A stretch of DNA of 54,847 nucleotides, filler included, from Bipalium vagum (Eukaryota), in the NCBI GenBank assembly GCA_037834085.1. It is 3 parts of 3 records of this genome, joined end to end, with 100 filler letters (N's around TTAATTAATTAA, not from the genome) between each part and the next. Parts side by side here need not be neighbours in the genome. Positions count along the whole stretch, not along the records: positions 34,963 to 54,847 come from JBBMKC010265548.1; 2 more parts are not named here. The stretch is one strand, 5' to 3'. Of this stretch, positions 39,926-53,400 are shown one piece after another. The position numbers and the translations under genes were made by a program. Every line of letters begins with the position of its first letter. Positions within the stretch are counted from its first letter, which is position 1. The notes beneath the pieces were generated by a model. It was not told the origin of the DNA. It saw only the letters and a list, made by a program, of their open reading frames with translations, and did not search any database.

Positions 39926-42900
39926 TAATATTTGAAATTATTTTTTAAAATCTCATTAAAGCTCGTATTTTCATAGAATAAATTCAAGATTATATTATCA
40001 ATATCAATTAAAAAAATTACAAATCATAACTAGCATTTTTTCATGAAAAATTTAAATAATCATTTTGATTGTATAGATAATTCTAATTAATTATAAAAAA
40101 TTATTATTATTATTTTAAAAATATTCGAATTAAATTTTATATAATATTTAAATTGGTTTGATGAAAAACAAAATATTAAATACATGTCTATTATTATCAA
40201 ATAAATATTTCATAATAAATAAAATTATTTAACTAATATAATTTTACATTTATAATATATTTTTTAAATATTCTACTTAAAATAAATTTATAAAAATAAA
40301 AGATATTTTAAATAAATAAATTTCAAAAATCATTTTATCAAGGTCAATTTATAAATATATATACATATATATATTTATATTTATTTCTTTTTTTATTTAT
40401 ATTTATTAGTAAAAATGACTTTAAAAAGGAACATGCGAATAATTTTTCTAAGATTTGTAGAACTTGTTTCACCGAAGAAAACTTAAGATTTTAATTAAGT
40501 ATAAATTTATATATCTCATTAAAAATATAATATGTAACGCTGATAATTATAATAGAACATTTTTAAATATCGTAAAAACAATATATTATTACGATGAACA
40601 TTCCAATAAAAAAATTAATTACTTGTTGGCTCATTGTATATTATGCTTTATTTATAATTATTATTAAATTAATTATAATTATTGTTTTAATGATAAATAT
40701 TATGGTGTAATAAATGTATTAAAAATATTTATAAAATGTTAAAGTTAAGATACGAAAGTAATCTAATAATTTCGAAACATTTTCTTTGTAAAGAAATAAC
40801 TCATTCCTTTTTCAAACAATTTAGAGTAAGAAAAAGCATTAGAAATGCATTAATTTTACGCCTGTTAACAGGTTTTGCTATTTATTTTAGCAGAAAAATA
40901 ATCATTGAGATTTGTAAAAAAATTTTCAATAAAAAACAAAAATTTTCACCTTTAAATTAGGCAACATTATATATCCGCGCCGGTAAAATTATTTCTCTTT
41001 ACAATCAATCCATACCGACACTCACTATGGAAAACTTGCATGCACATTGAAATGCGTATCTGTCAGAAAATGCTTAAGTTCTATAAATAAACTATATCTG
41101 TAGCTTATTTTGGAGCGAAAGACCTTCCCGCTGTAGATCTAACATGCTTAGCTGATGATTAAAGATATGGCCAAAATAAAATTGTGTCAATTTACTCATA
41201 TTTTTTCATTTTCTGTTTATTGTTTTCTACTATTTTATTTAAACAGTAAGTGGTTCCCTTCAAATATAGACAATAAGCTTTTTATTCTATATATTAAATT
41301 GGTTTTTTACACTATTGTCTCTCTTAGATCAGGTGATGATTTCTATTTACCTTCTAATATTGCTCCAATTATAATTTCATTTTCTACATCCAAAATAATT
41401 GCTGTTATTAACACTTGTAATAGTCTCGTAACCCCTTTCTTATGTGACCAGCAAGTAAAGACGTTTCGATATATTTAAGTAATTATTGATTTCATTTTCC
41501 TCTAAATCACTGAGAACTCATTTCCCTTCAATCTGTCATTCCAGTCGAACTCATCCTAATTTGATTCTTTGAGAACCAGAATTTATTAACAAAAGTTTCT
41601 ACTTGGATCTGTCTTTCAACTGAAAAAAACCTTATAACAGTTTTTATTTAAACAAATGATTCTCAGAACTCCATACAGACAGAATTTCTTTAATTACGAT
41701 CATTTTATTATTTATTTTGATAAATGAATAGAATTAATGCAAAAGTTTGATATTAGTTTGAATGGTCTTTAGATATTAGATTTTCTCAAAAATTTCATTT
41801 TTACTTATTCAAAATAAAAATAAATAAATAATAATAATAATAATAACAAAAATAATAAGCAATATTTCGTTTAAAAATTTGTAAAAGATTACAGAAGGAA
41901 AACTATTTATTAACTATTTTAACTATTCACACATCAAAGTATGTTTTAATGAACCAAAAACCCGAATTTCTTTTAATAATGTACATTGCAAATACCATTT
42001 TAAAAAGTAAGTGTCAATCAACACAAGTGTAGAAAATGTATGAAACTTTCTGAAATAAAATGAAATAATTATCAACGCCTTGTGATGGAGAAGAGAGAAG
42101 GAGAATAATTACCATTTTACTATCTTTTCCTAATTAGAAACCATGTAAATAAAATGAAACTTAATCAACCATAATACTTTTCGAATGTTTTACAGATGAA
42201 ATTATATCTGCCGATTGACGTTTTGACTTAAGCGAATAATGTCAGTTATCGAAATAAAAGTTATCATCCAAACGCTTAGGTCAGAAGATTAAAGAGATCT
42301 TGATTTACTTTCTTCCACATTTAGCCGTAAACAATATTTAGATAATGTAGGAAATTAAACTACTAAGTCATTATTCTGGTTTTTTTATTAACTCAGAAAT
42401 TCTTTTTTAAAAAATCAATGTTTGGGAGTAAAAGAACAAAAAATGGAAATATTTAAGCTGTTATTTTTAAAATAAGCCAGAACATGGTTTCATAAAATCA
42501 ATCAGAAATAAATTTTAATTCATCAACTTTTAATGGAAAGCAAATATAAAAATTATAAATTAAGCTCTATAACTTCATAATAATTTATTTTTATTGAATT
42601 ATTTTGAACAATATTCAAACTACATAAAATCAATTAATTCGTTTAAACAAGTAAATTATTTTAATTAATACAGTCATTTGAAAAAAGGTTTTTTATCAGT
42701 GCAAACATCTAATATTAATTAATTTAACAAGATCTCAGTCAATTCCTTAAATATATCATTTGTTTTGTTATCCCTTGTTAATGAAATTTGCTTAGAACCA
42801 AAAATATTTTATTTAGATAAAATAGTATTTTATTTATAAAATTCTTTATTCCATTTTTAAAGTTCTTTGACCTAAACAAAATTTCACTAAAATTTTCTTA

Positions 42901-43270
42901 ATGGTGAAGCGTAAGTCTTTTGGTATTTATAAATAATCAAATAAAATCAAATGATTTCCTGAAGAAATGTTACTGGCGATTATTAACATTTTGACTTATA
43001 GAAATGTATTAAAAATTTATATATATTTTACTATATTCCTGTCTCCTTTTAATTACCAACATGGTGAATACGGGGAACGGGGTTTTACAACGACTCTCAA
43101 ACAATTGAATTGTATAAGAGACTGCAAATAGGAACTGCCATTACAGCTGCACTATTTCCAATAAAATAATGTAAAATTTACGATTGTTTCAATATTCTGG
43201 AATATATTTTAAATATATATAAATAAATAATAAATATCATGAATAATATCTCGTAAATTTTATTTTTCAG

Positions 43271-46200
43271 ATGGCTGCAAGTGCCAATTATGATAAGTAT
43301 TCCAGCTTGTATGGTTGCAGAGATAGCTTCTATGGTAACTCGGCCAATCTGGGTAGAGGATTAAACAGTGGAGATACGGCATTTCCTATTAACTCAAATC
43401 ATTATGTCGACAGGTCTTATCTACCATGTAAGCGATGTTAAAGAAATAGATTTTCCAAAATAAACTAAAAACATACTTTACAAATAATATTATCTCCAAA
43501 TTGGAAAGACTATAGAAAAAGAGTTTGTATCATAGTAATACAATTAAAGTAATTATATCTTCACTATTAATGTGAATAATGTTGTATATACCTTAATTCT
43601 TTTTAATATTATAAACCTTTAAATTTGGAATCAGATTCAGCCAAATTCTTTTATAATAATTTTATTTATATACTTATACTTATAAATTACTGATCGAACT
43701 GTTTGATATTTCATCTCGAGGTCTATTGATATTTGTGTGAAAGATTTAACATTAAAACATTTCTTTATTAACAAATCGCGCATTGAATCATAAGTTTACT
43801 CCTAAAAATATTTCATTGGATAGAATTATATTGAATACCTATTTTGAATTGCACTGCTTGTCATTTTAGAGTTAAATATATTGTAAAACACTTAATTAAA
43901 TTTTAAAATTATTATTATTATTATTATTTTCATTATTATAAAAATGTATTATAATAATGCAGTGAAAATAAATTTGCAATGAATATACAAATAGTATATT
44001 TCACTAAACTTTCAAAATTAAGGACAAAAAAATTAAAATTAAAACAAAATTAACATTTCTTTTTTGCACCTCTTTTCTGACTGAAGCTTATTGAATATTG
44101 TAGTTACTCTTAATTTTTGTTGAGAGATCCTAAAGCACATCGAACATATTCAAAAGATGTCATCCTTTTTGTGATCAGCAGAATGAAACTAAATTTTTCT
44201 TGTAAGAAAATAAAATAATATAATTAATTATTATTAACTATTATTGTTAAATTTATTTTTTATTATATATAATTGTTTTGTTTTTGAAGAATTTTAGACA
44301 TTTTATTAGGGTTTATAAAATAAAATTAGGTAAAATTGGATATTGTTCCAAAAATGTTAATATTGATCAAAATTTTCTTGAAGGCAATTGATTATTGAAA
44401 TAGTTACGTTTTATCATTTAATGAAGTCATCGTTTTTTCAGTGTTAATGAAATTTCCTCATATAGTAAATTTCTAAAGCAAAAAATCAGAAAAATGTAAG
44501 TGAAAATACTTTTATTCTTTTTCTCTATTGAAATTGATTAAATGATTAAGGTAACGCTTATTTTATATGAAAAAATTAACATTAGTTAATAACAGTTAAT
44601 TTCCATATTTTATTTCATTAAACAATTAAGAATTTTTAACGTAAAATTACTTGTCTAAAATATTTATCAGAAAATTCTCTCTTTATTGAATATATAAGGA
44701 TTTTAGGGATGACAATTAATTATGATAAATATATCAAATTAAAATCTTTAATTATATATAATTAAATTTAACACAATATTTTATGCTTTAATAATTTTCA
44801 ACATATACGATATATCAGATTATATGTTCCAGATAACTGTAAGATTTTGTTCGTAAATAAAACTATATAAGTAAATAATTCAAATTAAGTAATAAATTTA
44901 AATAAATATATTTTAAAAAATAATAAATAAAATAAAATAATGAAACAAAATAATATTAATTTGAAAATAATAATTAAAATGATAATAGCTTATACTTTTC
45001 TACATGTAAATTTAAAATTTGTTTTGCTAAAGTGTTAATTTCTTTATAAATATTATATAAACAGAGTGCGTCAGCTATTTGAGGACAAAAATTGATATTA
45101 AAGGTAAGTATTATTTTAAATGAAAAGAATGTATATTTTTAAGCAATATTAGAAACTTTATTTGTTTTAAATACACAAGTTTTATTTATTTAAAAAAAAT
45201 CGCCAATTACAGTCAATTATAGCTTCATGGCGGCTTCTGAAAAGCTTACAAGCCGCGATCAAATGGTTTTTTATTCATATTTATCATAGCAGAACTTATA
45301 GAATCCCGTAATGAATCTTTGGTATTATGAGGATGTTTGTTCGTCTCCTTCTCTACGACGTCCCATACAAAAATCGGGTGATCTAGGTGGCCATAAGTTT
45401 GAATTGACATGGTCGTTAGAATTTAGCGATAGGCATTTTTGTGTTTTTAATGCTGTATGACAGGGAGCTGAGTCCTGTTGGAACACATAAGGCCTTCCGT
45501 GAGCAAATTTTTCAATTCAGGGCTTCACATATGTATCTAGACACTCAATATAAAGTGATGCATTGATTCTAAGTCCCTATGGAAATACGGAGGCCTAACA
45601 TAACCTTCGTGGCTCACAACACCCAATATCATTAAAGATGATGGAAACTTGGTGTGCATTAGGGACTTCAGAAGCACTGGAGCACACACGTCGATTGTTC
45701 CTCCTATTAACCTTTTGATCTTGAGTAAAAGGTTTTTCATCAGAAAAGAACCATAGCATGTTTGAATGATCAGGATGCTTGATTTTGTTTAAAAGACATT
45801 TCGAACGAATTAAACGATTTTCTTTGCTTTTTGCCGATATAAAATGTTTTCTTCTCATTACGTAGGACTTGCATTTTAAATCATTGTGTACCACTCGTCT
45901 TACTGTTGGCTCAGAAACCGATAACCGATGGGCAATTTCTCTCATTGATGTTCCGGGGTTTTCATGAAAAACATCCTGCGCTTTTTGAACAAATTAACAT
46001 TTCTGACAATGTCTGAACGTGAGAATGTGTTTTTCTTTTAGATATAGAGGAAAATTTTCGATCATATGCCAAAAGTTCTTTTCTAATTTTATTGACAAAC
46101 GATCTGGCCACATTAAGAAATTTTTGAAATTTCTAAGTCACTGTGTCCGGCGGCTAATGCAAAAACTGCGTGCCTTTTCATTTCTTGTGTTAATTCAAAA

Positions 46201-47247
46201 GTTATCTCTTCCATTTCTAAATTAAAAAATAATTATTTAATGTTGTATCAATAAATATTGCAAATCAATTATAGCGCCACTAAAAAAATTACCATGATAT
46301 ATTTTAACAATTTTTGTCCTCAAATAGCTGATGAACCTTGTATAAGTAAATTTATTTACTAAAATTTATTAAGTTTCTATTGAACTAATTGAAGTTATCG
46401 ATTTTATTTATTGAAATAAAAACTTAATGATTTTTATTAATTTTATAGTTATGATAATAATCTATCAAAGTTTTATATTATTATAATTTGACTATCCATA
46501 TAGTGTACTTTGTGAAAAAAGTTCAATAACATAAAAGAAAAAAATTCTAAGGATAAATTTACTTTGCTTAAGATTTCTATATTTAGTGTAATTTACTAAA
46601 TTTTTTAAATTAGGTTTTCTCATTTCTCACTATTATTATTATTTATTTATTTATTTATATTTTTATTATTATTTATTTTTATTATTATTATTAGTAGTAG
46701 TAGTACCAAATGTATTACTGTATTATTAATACTAATACTATTATATAATATTATCTTGCATGCTGTACTATCTTTATTTATATCATTATTGTAGGCAGTG
46801 TCATTGTTTCTTGTTTACTTCTCTACTTATTACAAAAATCAGAATAATACTTATATTGAATGAAACTCCACCCAGGAGCCATATTTGCAAAGGATTTCAA
46901 TTTTAGTACTTAAGAGAAGAAATTATTTACTGACTACGAACTAATAGAGATTTTATAGTTCTAAGAAAACATTAAAGATAACTTGAAAAATATTATTTGT
47001 TCATTAAATGAATTAGTCTGAAAAATTGAGTTTTATATTTCCAGCCAGCCATCCTTTTTATTTACAGTCAGTTTCGGACCAGTATAACAATCATTGTCCT
47101 CCTGTTTCTGCAGCTGATTATCTTTCTGTTGGCCGACAGTTCTCGTCGGGTGGACCGTCATCTGGGAATCCGTTTTCAGTTGGCTGTGATCCATATCGCA
47201 ATTCAATCCTGCATAATATGTCTCCCTTTAATCGTTATCCATTTTAA
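43271..47247 (+). CDS. Two-exon S/G/P/Y/N-rich hypothetical protein (119 aa, possibly the C-terminal part of a larger gene); exons 43271-43427 and 47045-47247
   Basis: Strong splice sites (tttttcag|ATG, cat|gtaag, tttccag|cc) with matching phase 1 give MAASANYDKYSSLYGCRDSFYGNSANLGRGLNSGDTAFPINSNHYVDRSYLP-S-SHPFYLQSVSDQYNNHCPPVSAADYLSVGRQFSSGGPSSGNPFSVGCDPYRNSILHNMSPFNRYPF*. Both exons are GC-elevated with similar composition. Confidence 0.65.
45062..46340 (-). mobile_element. Near-full-length DD37D (maT/Bmmar1-like) Tc1/mariner element, inactive, inside an intron
   Basis: TIRs cagagtgcgTCAGCTATTTGAGGACAAAAATTG and CAATTTTTGTCCTCAAATAGCTGAtgaaccttg|TA. Motifs SMREIAHRLSVSEPTVRR, WFFSDEKPFTQDQKVNRRNNR, KFPSSLMILGVVS, FQQDSAPCHT and WPPRSPD. 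Spacing implies D37D, with the third D region deleted. Confidence 0.93.
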
Positions 47248-49016
47248 ATGGGATCTCAACAATTCGAAAATAGATTTATGTGCACATGAATCTATGCTAA
47301 ATCTATATAGATAATTTGTATATTAAGCTGTTTTAACATTCCGGAAGCCACCAAAATAAACTCCTTGAAATGTGATCTCAAACAAATATTATTTGACTTA
47401 AATATACCAAAGTTTGTCTAGTTCCATTTAGTTAAAGCTACTTGAATTATGTATTATTTTTTATTCATATTTTATAATGTAATCGGTCTGTACAAAACTG
47501 AATCGACCTACCAACTTCACGCAACTTGTATTGGCATCTCTCTTTTCACTCCCCTTTTGTTTCATTGAATCTGCCCCGAAAAGGCGGCTTATATTATAAC
47601 CAGTTTTTGTATTTTTGTCATACTATTGTAAATATTATCAATTTTTAGATTGTTATGTTTTATTAATAAACGCCCCCCCCCAACTAGTGTTGCTCCTGCT
47701 GCTGCTGCTGTCCCCGCTGCTCCTCCTACTGCTACTACTGTTAATGAGGGCTTTTGTTAACTTTGATTTAACAAAAAGACGATTTGTACGTCGAATGTAT
47801 TTTGTTTTGTGGATTATTTATTTTATGCATTTCCAGGTGGTTTTGTCATGTAAAATAATATTAAAAATGATATTATGATAGTGTATTAATTATTTTCATT
47901 TATATTATTTTCTGTTTACAAATTAAATACATGTAAATATTAAAGTTATTGTCATAGCGTTGAAATATTATTTAAAGAAGATGAAGTTTTTATTTTATAT
48001 TATTTTCCATTTTATTTTATAGGGGGAAAACACTAGATTTCCTTTCCCACTGAAGTTGAGTCAGATTGAAAATTGATACGATGTAATTTTCTTGGTCTCT
48101 TGGACATTTTGAATAAAACATCCGTTGGATCTAAGGTAGAGAAGTTCTTTGAGATATTAGTCTGAAAAAAAACTTTCGTATTTTGAATCTCGGGGATCAA
48201 AGGATCATATTTCGTGAAAAGAAAATAAATAGATTAAATAAAATATCCTGGAGGACGAAATCGTCCAAGAGCTATTTCAATAGGTTTACGAGGATTTTAT
48301 AAAATTTTTATTTAACTTTTAATAAAATATTAATAATTATTATTGCATAATTTTTTACAAAGATTTTAAAGGTTCTTAGACGTCTTAAAATACTTTGAAA
48401 GGCTATGGTGATTTTCTTTAATATTTTTTTCGAAAGCTAAGAAAAAAGATAATGAAAAACAAATTTTATAAGTATTCCCTATAATAATTTATTTATTTAT
48501 TAAAATATTTTTAAATTTATTTTGGAAAAATTTCTCATTCAACATATTTGGACTCTAATTAGGTCGGACAAATGTGATGGTGGTTTCCGGAGAATGATAA
48601 AACCATTTTGTAAATTTCTCATCACGTTTACCGATTTCAAGATTTTTCTATAGACACATAAACGCCGTTGCTATAGGAACAGTTTTTTTCAGAACATAAA
48701 TTTCACAGGGTTCTTGGTGGACACAGTTCAAAAAGAGAAATAAAAAATCACATATTTTATTACTCATAATTATTTACTTTATTATGTAAAAGAGACTGTC
48801 CCCTTCTTTCCTCTGTTTAGCTGAACCAGCACCGTTAATCAATAAAAGACAAATCAGTTCCGAAAATAAAACCCCAGGATTAAAAATATTTATTGAATCT
48901 ATGATTAAACATTAATCATGTCTTCCATTTCATACAGACTATGATTGAAAAATTGACCCAAAAATATATTATGTAAAATAAAAAATAATAATATATATGT
49001 AATTATTTCTTTTTCT

Positions 49017-50437
49017 CTCCTTCGAATAATAAAATGATTATTATTAATAGTAATAATGTTGTTATTATTAGTTTAATTTCAATAAAATGGCGATTTTCAA
49101 AAATTGAATTGCGATATGTAAATATTAGAAATAAATATAGAGAACTGAATGAATAAATAAAAATACAAAAGTAATTTTTAAAGAAAAAACTAATAAAATA
49201 CTTACCGCATCCCATAAAGTGTATTTAACATGAAGTAATTTTATTTTTAATTTAGGTTTGTTATTTAATTTACAATTGACATTTGTTTTAATTTTGAATT
49301 TTGAAATGGTAAGTCTTTCAAAAGGCCAAAAATTATTGCTTTTTTTGAATTATGAAAGATTGTTATTTAAAATTGGAAAAGCTGAACCAAAATACGGTAA
49401 GACCGAAGAATTATGTCAAGCTTAGGATGTAAATAAGACTGTGCCAAAAATTTAGGAACAAAGTTTTTTGAATTTGACATATTTGCTAATAACCAGAGTT
49501 CTGAAGTGTGACGGGCAGCATTGTCAAAAATCATTCGTAAGTACCACTTGGATATTTTAAATGCCACTTGAAACCCAAAGAACAGTTAATTTTTACACTT
49601 AAACTATTCAGATTTTCTCATAAGAAAATATGCTATCTCATAACAAATGATCATAAGGACAAAAGATTAAAGTGGTGCCGACAGCACCATGGAACACATG
49701 TGTGAACATTGATAAAAAATGATTACAGCTACATCCATTCACTCACAAAAGAAACTACAGTAGTCCCAGAAATAAAATTTCTTTATTAAGCAAAACAAAT
49801 ATCTCTAAAATAATAATACTAACCTTTGTTGCGAAATCAAACTTTAAATTAATTTTTAAAAGTATCAGTGTTATTTGTAGAATTTAGTAAAATTTTTTAA
49901 AAAATTAGGTCAAAAAATAACAAAAAAGGTTAAGTGTACAAAATTGATAATTGAATCACTTCTGACTTTTTAAGAATTGATGCATAATGGAATCATGTTT
50001 GCAATCTGTAATTAGATGTACTGGTGCCAAAACATTTTCATCCAAGTGGATAATGCTTGCTTACATGCTGGTTTAAACAACATGTACAAATTAAGGGAAT
50101 TTTGTGACAGTCTAACTCAAACAGAAACTGATATGAACCGGTTCATCCAATCTCCTGAGTTAAACATTAATAAACTAGGATTGTTTCAGTCCTTGAATAA
50201 GCAATGCAAGAATTCTATGTCTATATTGTGAAACTCTTTACCAGTATAATTTTTGACTACTCACGGAAGAAACAAAACTTCTTTCGACAAGAAGTAACGA
50301 ATCGTTAACCAAATTATTAGTTCAACAGAATAGGCCGTCAATGTTACTAATAAATGATTCATATTAACATGTATTGAAAATGCAATTTTTTTGTTTTTAT
50401 ATTTTTTTTCTTAAATTCACTTTTCTATTGGAAGGAG
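49017..50437 (+). mobile_element. Decayed DD39D-like (plant-mariner/Stowaway-related) Tc1/mariner element
   Basis: NIFIQVDNACLH...QSPELNINKLGLFQSL recalls IFIQQDNARPH...PNSPDLNxLDLGFF, with 40 residues between the catalytic positions. Ends ctccttcgaata... (49017) and ...tattggaaggag|TA (50437) are imperfect inverted repeats resembling CTCCCTCC. Confidence 0.6.
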
Positions 50438-50639
50438 TAAATAATATAATTTGAGAAAAAGAAATAGTATTAGCTTCTCCAGTATAAAAAATAAAGTATA
50501 ACAAAAAAGATTTCAATATTAAATAAAATAAGTCCTAACAGAATAAATAAGTAACATATATAAATAATAATAAAAATAAGAAGAAAGAAAGAAAAAAGGT
50601 AGTTTTTAATCAAATTTTATTGTAACTTAGATCTTTTTA

Positions 50640-51060
50640 GAAAAAACAAGCTTATTTCTATGAAATGATAATTTTTATTTTAATAGAAATAATTTTCATC
50701 TTTAGTTATGACTTTTGACCACCTTTCTGGTATATTATGGATTCCATCGAAAATAATGTTCGTCTTTTGATCTGATTCATTCTACGAGATATTTTTTGAT
50801 TTCTTCTTTTTTTCAAAAGCATTGGTTTTGAAGAGCACTTGGCAGTGATCGGAATAATTATTAATTTCATGGAGCACAGTATGTTACATGGTGACCATGT
50901 GACAGAATCTTCTATTTCAGTGTTTCTAATGTATTTTTTACTCGTTTTACGTCACGCGGTTGAGCATTTTCGTGCATCAAAATTGTTTTATGCTGGAATT
51001 GGACGTTTTTCATTCAATGCGCGGTTCAAATCAATTAATTGTTGTTGGTAACGTTATTAT
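50640..51060 (-). mobile_element. Mariner transposase C-terminal remnant
   Basis: LIDLNRALNEKRP...ILMHENAQPR...LFRSLPSAL...GIHNIPERWSKVITKDENYF, a classic mariner C-terminus. Confidence 0.85.
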
Positions 51061-53344
51061 TACATTTTAATATAGAATGTTAATAATTTTAAATGGTGTA
51101 CTTATCATTTTAAAAGAATGTTTAGTGCAAAAATTATATTGCCTCTTAGAGAATCAAAAAAACTAAGTCATAGACCTAATATAAGAACTAAATACTTTCT
51201 GAGACTTGTTTTGAAACAATGTAAAGTCTTTCTACATCGTAAATAATAATAATAATAATACATTTTAAAAATCTTTAACATTCAAATAGTAAAGTATTGT
51301 TACTTATTTGCAACATCTTCTCTTTATTTATTATTGTTAAAAAAAGTATTATTTAGAATAATAGTGAACCACTACTGATTCCGTTAATATCTTTAAGAAA
51401 ATTTTTCTTTTAAGAAACTAAATAAATACTGAGGCAAGCAACTTGGGGATTAAGTAAAGAATACTGTTCTTGTTTCCACTCCTGCACTTCGAATCATATT
51501 TCCTTTGTCTGTTCGATTTCATCGCCTTACTATTAGAGTTGCAAACCGAATAGTATCTGAAGGACTTAAGATTCTATGTAAAAAAGGTTTCTGTCTTAAA
51601 AAATAAACTTATTTTCGGGTTTCTTCACAAAATAAAATCCTTGGAAAGATTGTTCATTTTTATTTTTTTCTTTATTTTCCTTTTCTTATTATCTTTGATC
51701 ATAAAATAGATATTATCTATTTTATTATTTAGTTTAATTTTCATTTGAATTTATTTCATTATTATTGATTTTTTCATTATTATTGATTTTTTCATTATTA
51801 TTATTTCATTGTCAATCATGATGAAGAGTAGTTTAGGTGAGTGAGTGGTGAGAAGTTGACATTATATTTGCGGAGTACGATTTGGATAGTTGTTAAGTAG
51901 CCTATAATTGATTGAGGATTATTTTGTGACTAGCATTGACGTTTGTGTTGATTTTTATCGATTTTTAGTTCAAACAATAAATTTGAGAGTCTTCACGTAT
52001 TATTTGATTTTCTCAAACTATTATCATAGAACCTAATCATATAAAAGCTAGCATACTTGGTTAATATTTAAATATAAACAATTTTGAGTAATTATCTCCT
52101 TAGAAATTAAAAGACGTTGCCGGTTCAAAGAATTTTATTGGTATTACAATTGTAAGAAAATATGAAAATGTCACAAAAGTTCACCAAGAAATGTAAAATC
52201 TATTTTACAATAAAATTGACAATAAATAAAAATTGCAATGAACATGTATCTTTTTCTTTATTTTTAATGAAATCAATCAATATTTAAATCTCTGAAAATG
52301 TGACTATATATTAATTACATATAATGATATTTCTTGTGAATGTTATTAAATAATAAATAAAAGTTGTAACTATTGCAATGCAGATATCTTTAATTTAATT
52401 ATCAATATATCTATTTTTTACAGTAGACTTTTTATTGAAATATATTAACCTTTTTATCCCAATGCTAAGAATTCGGAATTATTGAAACACAAAAAAGGTT
52501 GACCGCTAAAAACTCTTCAAAAATTAAGATATAATAAATAATAGTAAAGATATTAATTATAATTATAATTATACCAGGATGATGCAAAAGTTGGTGCTCA
52601 AAATTATATATTTATTTATTTACAATAATAACAATACTCTTCAAAAAGATTCCATCAGCTTCAAGTATGTTAAGCCACCGATCTGCTAGCATTCTTAAGT
52701 GGTGAAACTACCGTTTTCTTTGTTTTGATTCGTAAAACTCTTTACAAGCCACCTGAGTTTCAGTGATTATTTTTTTTTAAAAATTTTTTATAAGAGAAAT
52801 TTAAAACAGGACCACAAAGACTTTACAATACCATTTTTCAATTCCCGTACAACAACAAGATAGCTTATATTTAAAGTTCTGACTAAAACAAAAATAACAG
52901 ATGCAAATTTTATTCACCATTAAAAGGATCATTAATTCTCTACAAATGATTGATTTTTATAAATGACAATTTAAAATCAAGAGTTTAACCATCCATGAAT
53001 AATAATTTCTCTACTTTATCAAGCATTAAATTGATTTTAATAATGAAATAATTTGCCCAACATTGAGTAGTTGGATATTTAATGCATATCTGTATAGAGA
53101 AGTTAGGAAAATTTCACATAGAAACCAATGGTTTGCTCTGTTTTGAAAATTCCATCACGGATAACGTCAATACTTTAGAGAAACGTTAATGGGTTTTGCA
53201 ACTGATAAACAGCATTTTTAGTATAAATTCTAAATTATTGATTATCATACAATATTACGCACATTCCATTCATGTTAAACTTTCATTTGTAATAGAAAAA
53301 AATATTTTTTATTTTATTAGTGTTAGTTGAAAAATAATCAGAGA

Positions 53345-53400
53345 TACCGGGATTCGAACCCATGATCTTACACGTGCGCATGGACTACTCTGACTTCTCA
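53345..53400 (-). pseudogene. tRNA-derived fragment (SINE head or tRNA pseudogene)
   Basis: Minus strand contains the B-box/T-arm GGGTTCGAATCCCGG. No intact acceptor stem or A-box recognised. Confidence 0.4.

Noticed and set aside
40961-41600. Possible upstream exons for the 43271 gene, or the continuation of NDRG
   Set aside because: All frames tried stop quickly and show no NDRG or DNA-binding-domain motifs.
51755-51805. 18-bp tandem duplication (cattattattgatttttt x ~2.5)
   Set aside because: Simple slippage repeat in AT-rich DNA with no sign of function.
53345-53400. Functional tRNA gene
   Set aside because: Only the T-arm/B-box is recognisable and no cloverleaf can be built. Kept as a low-confidence relic.
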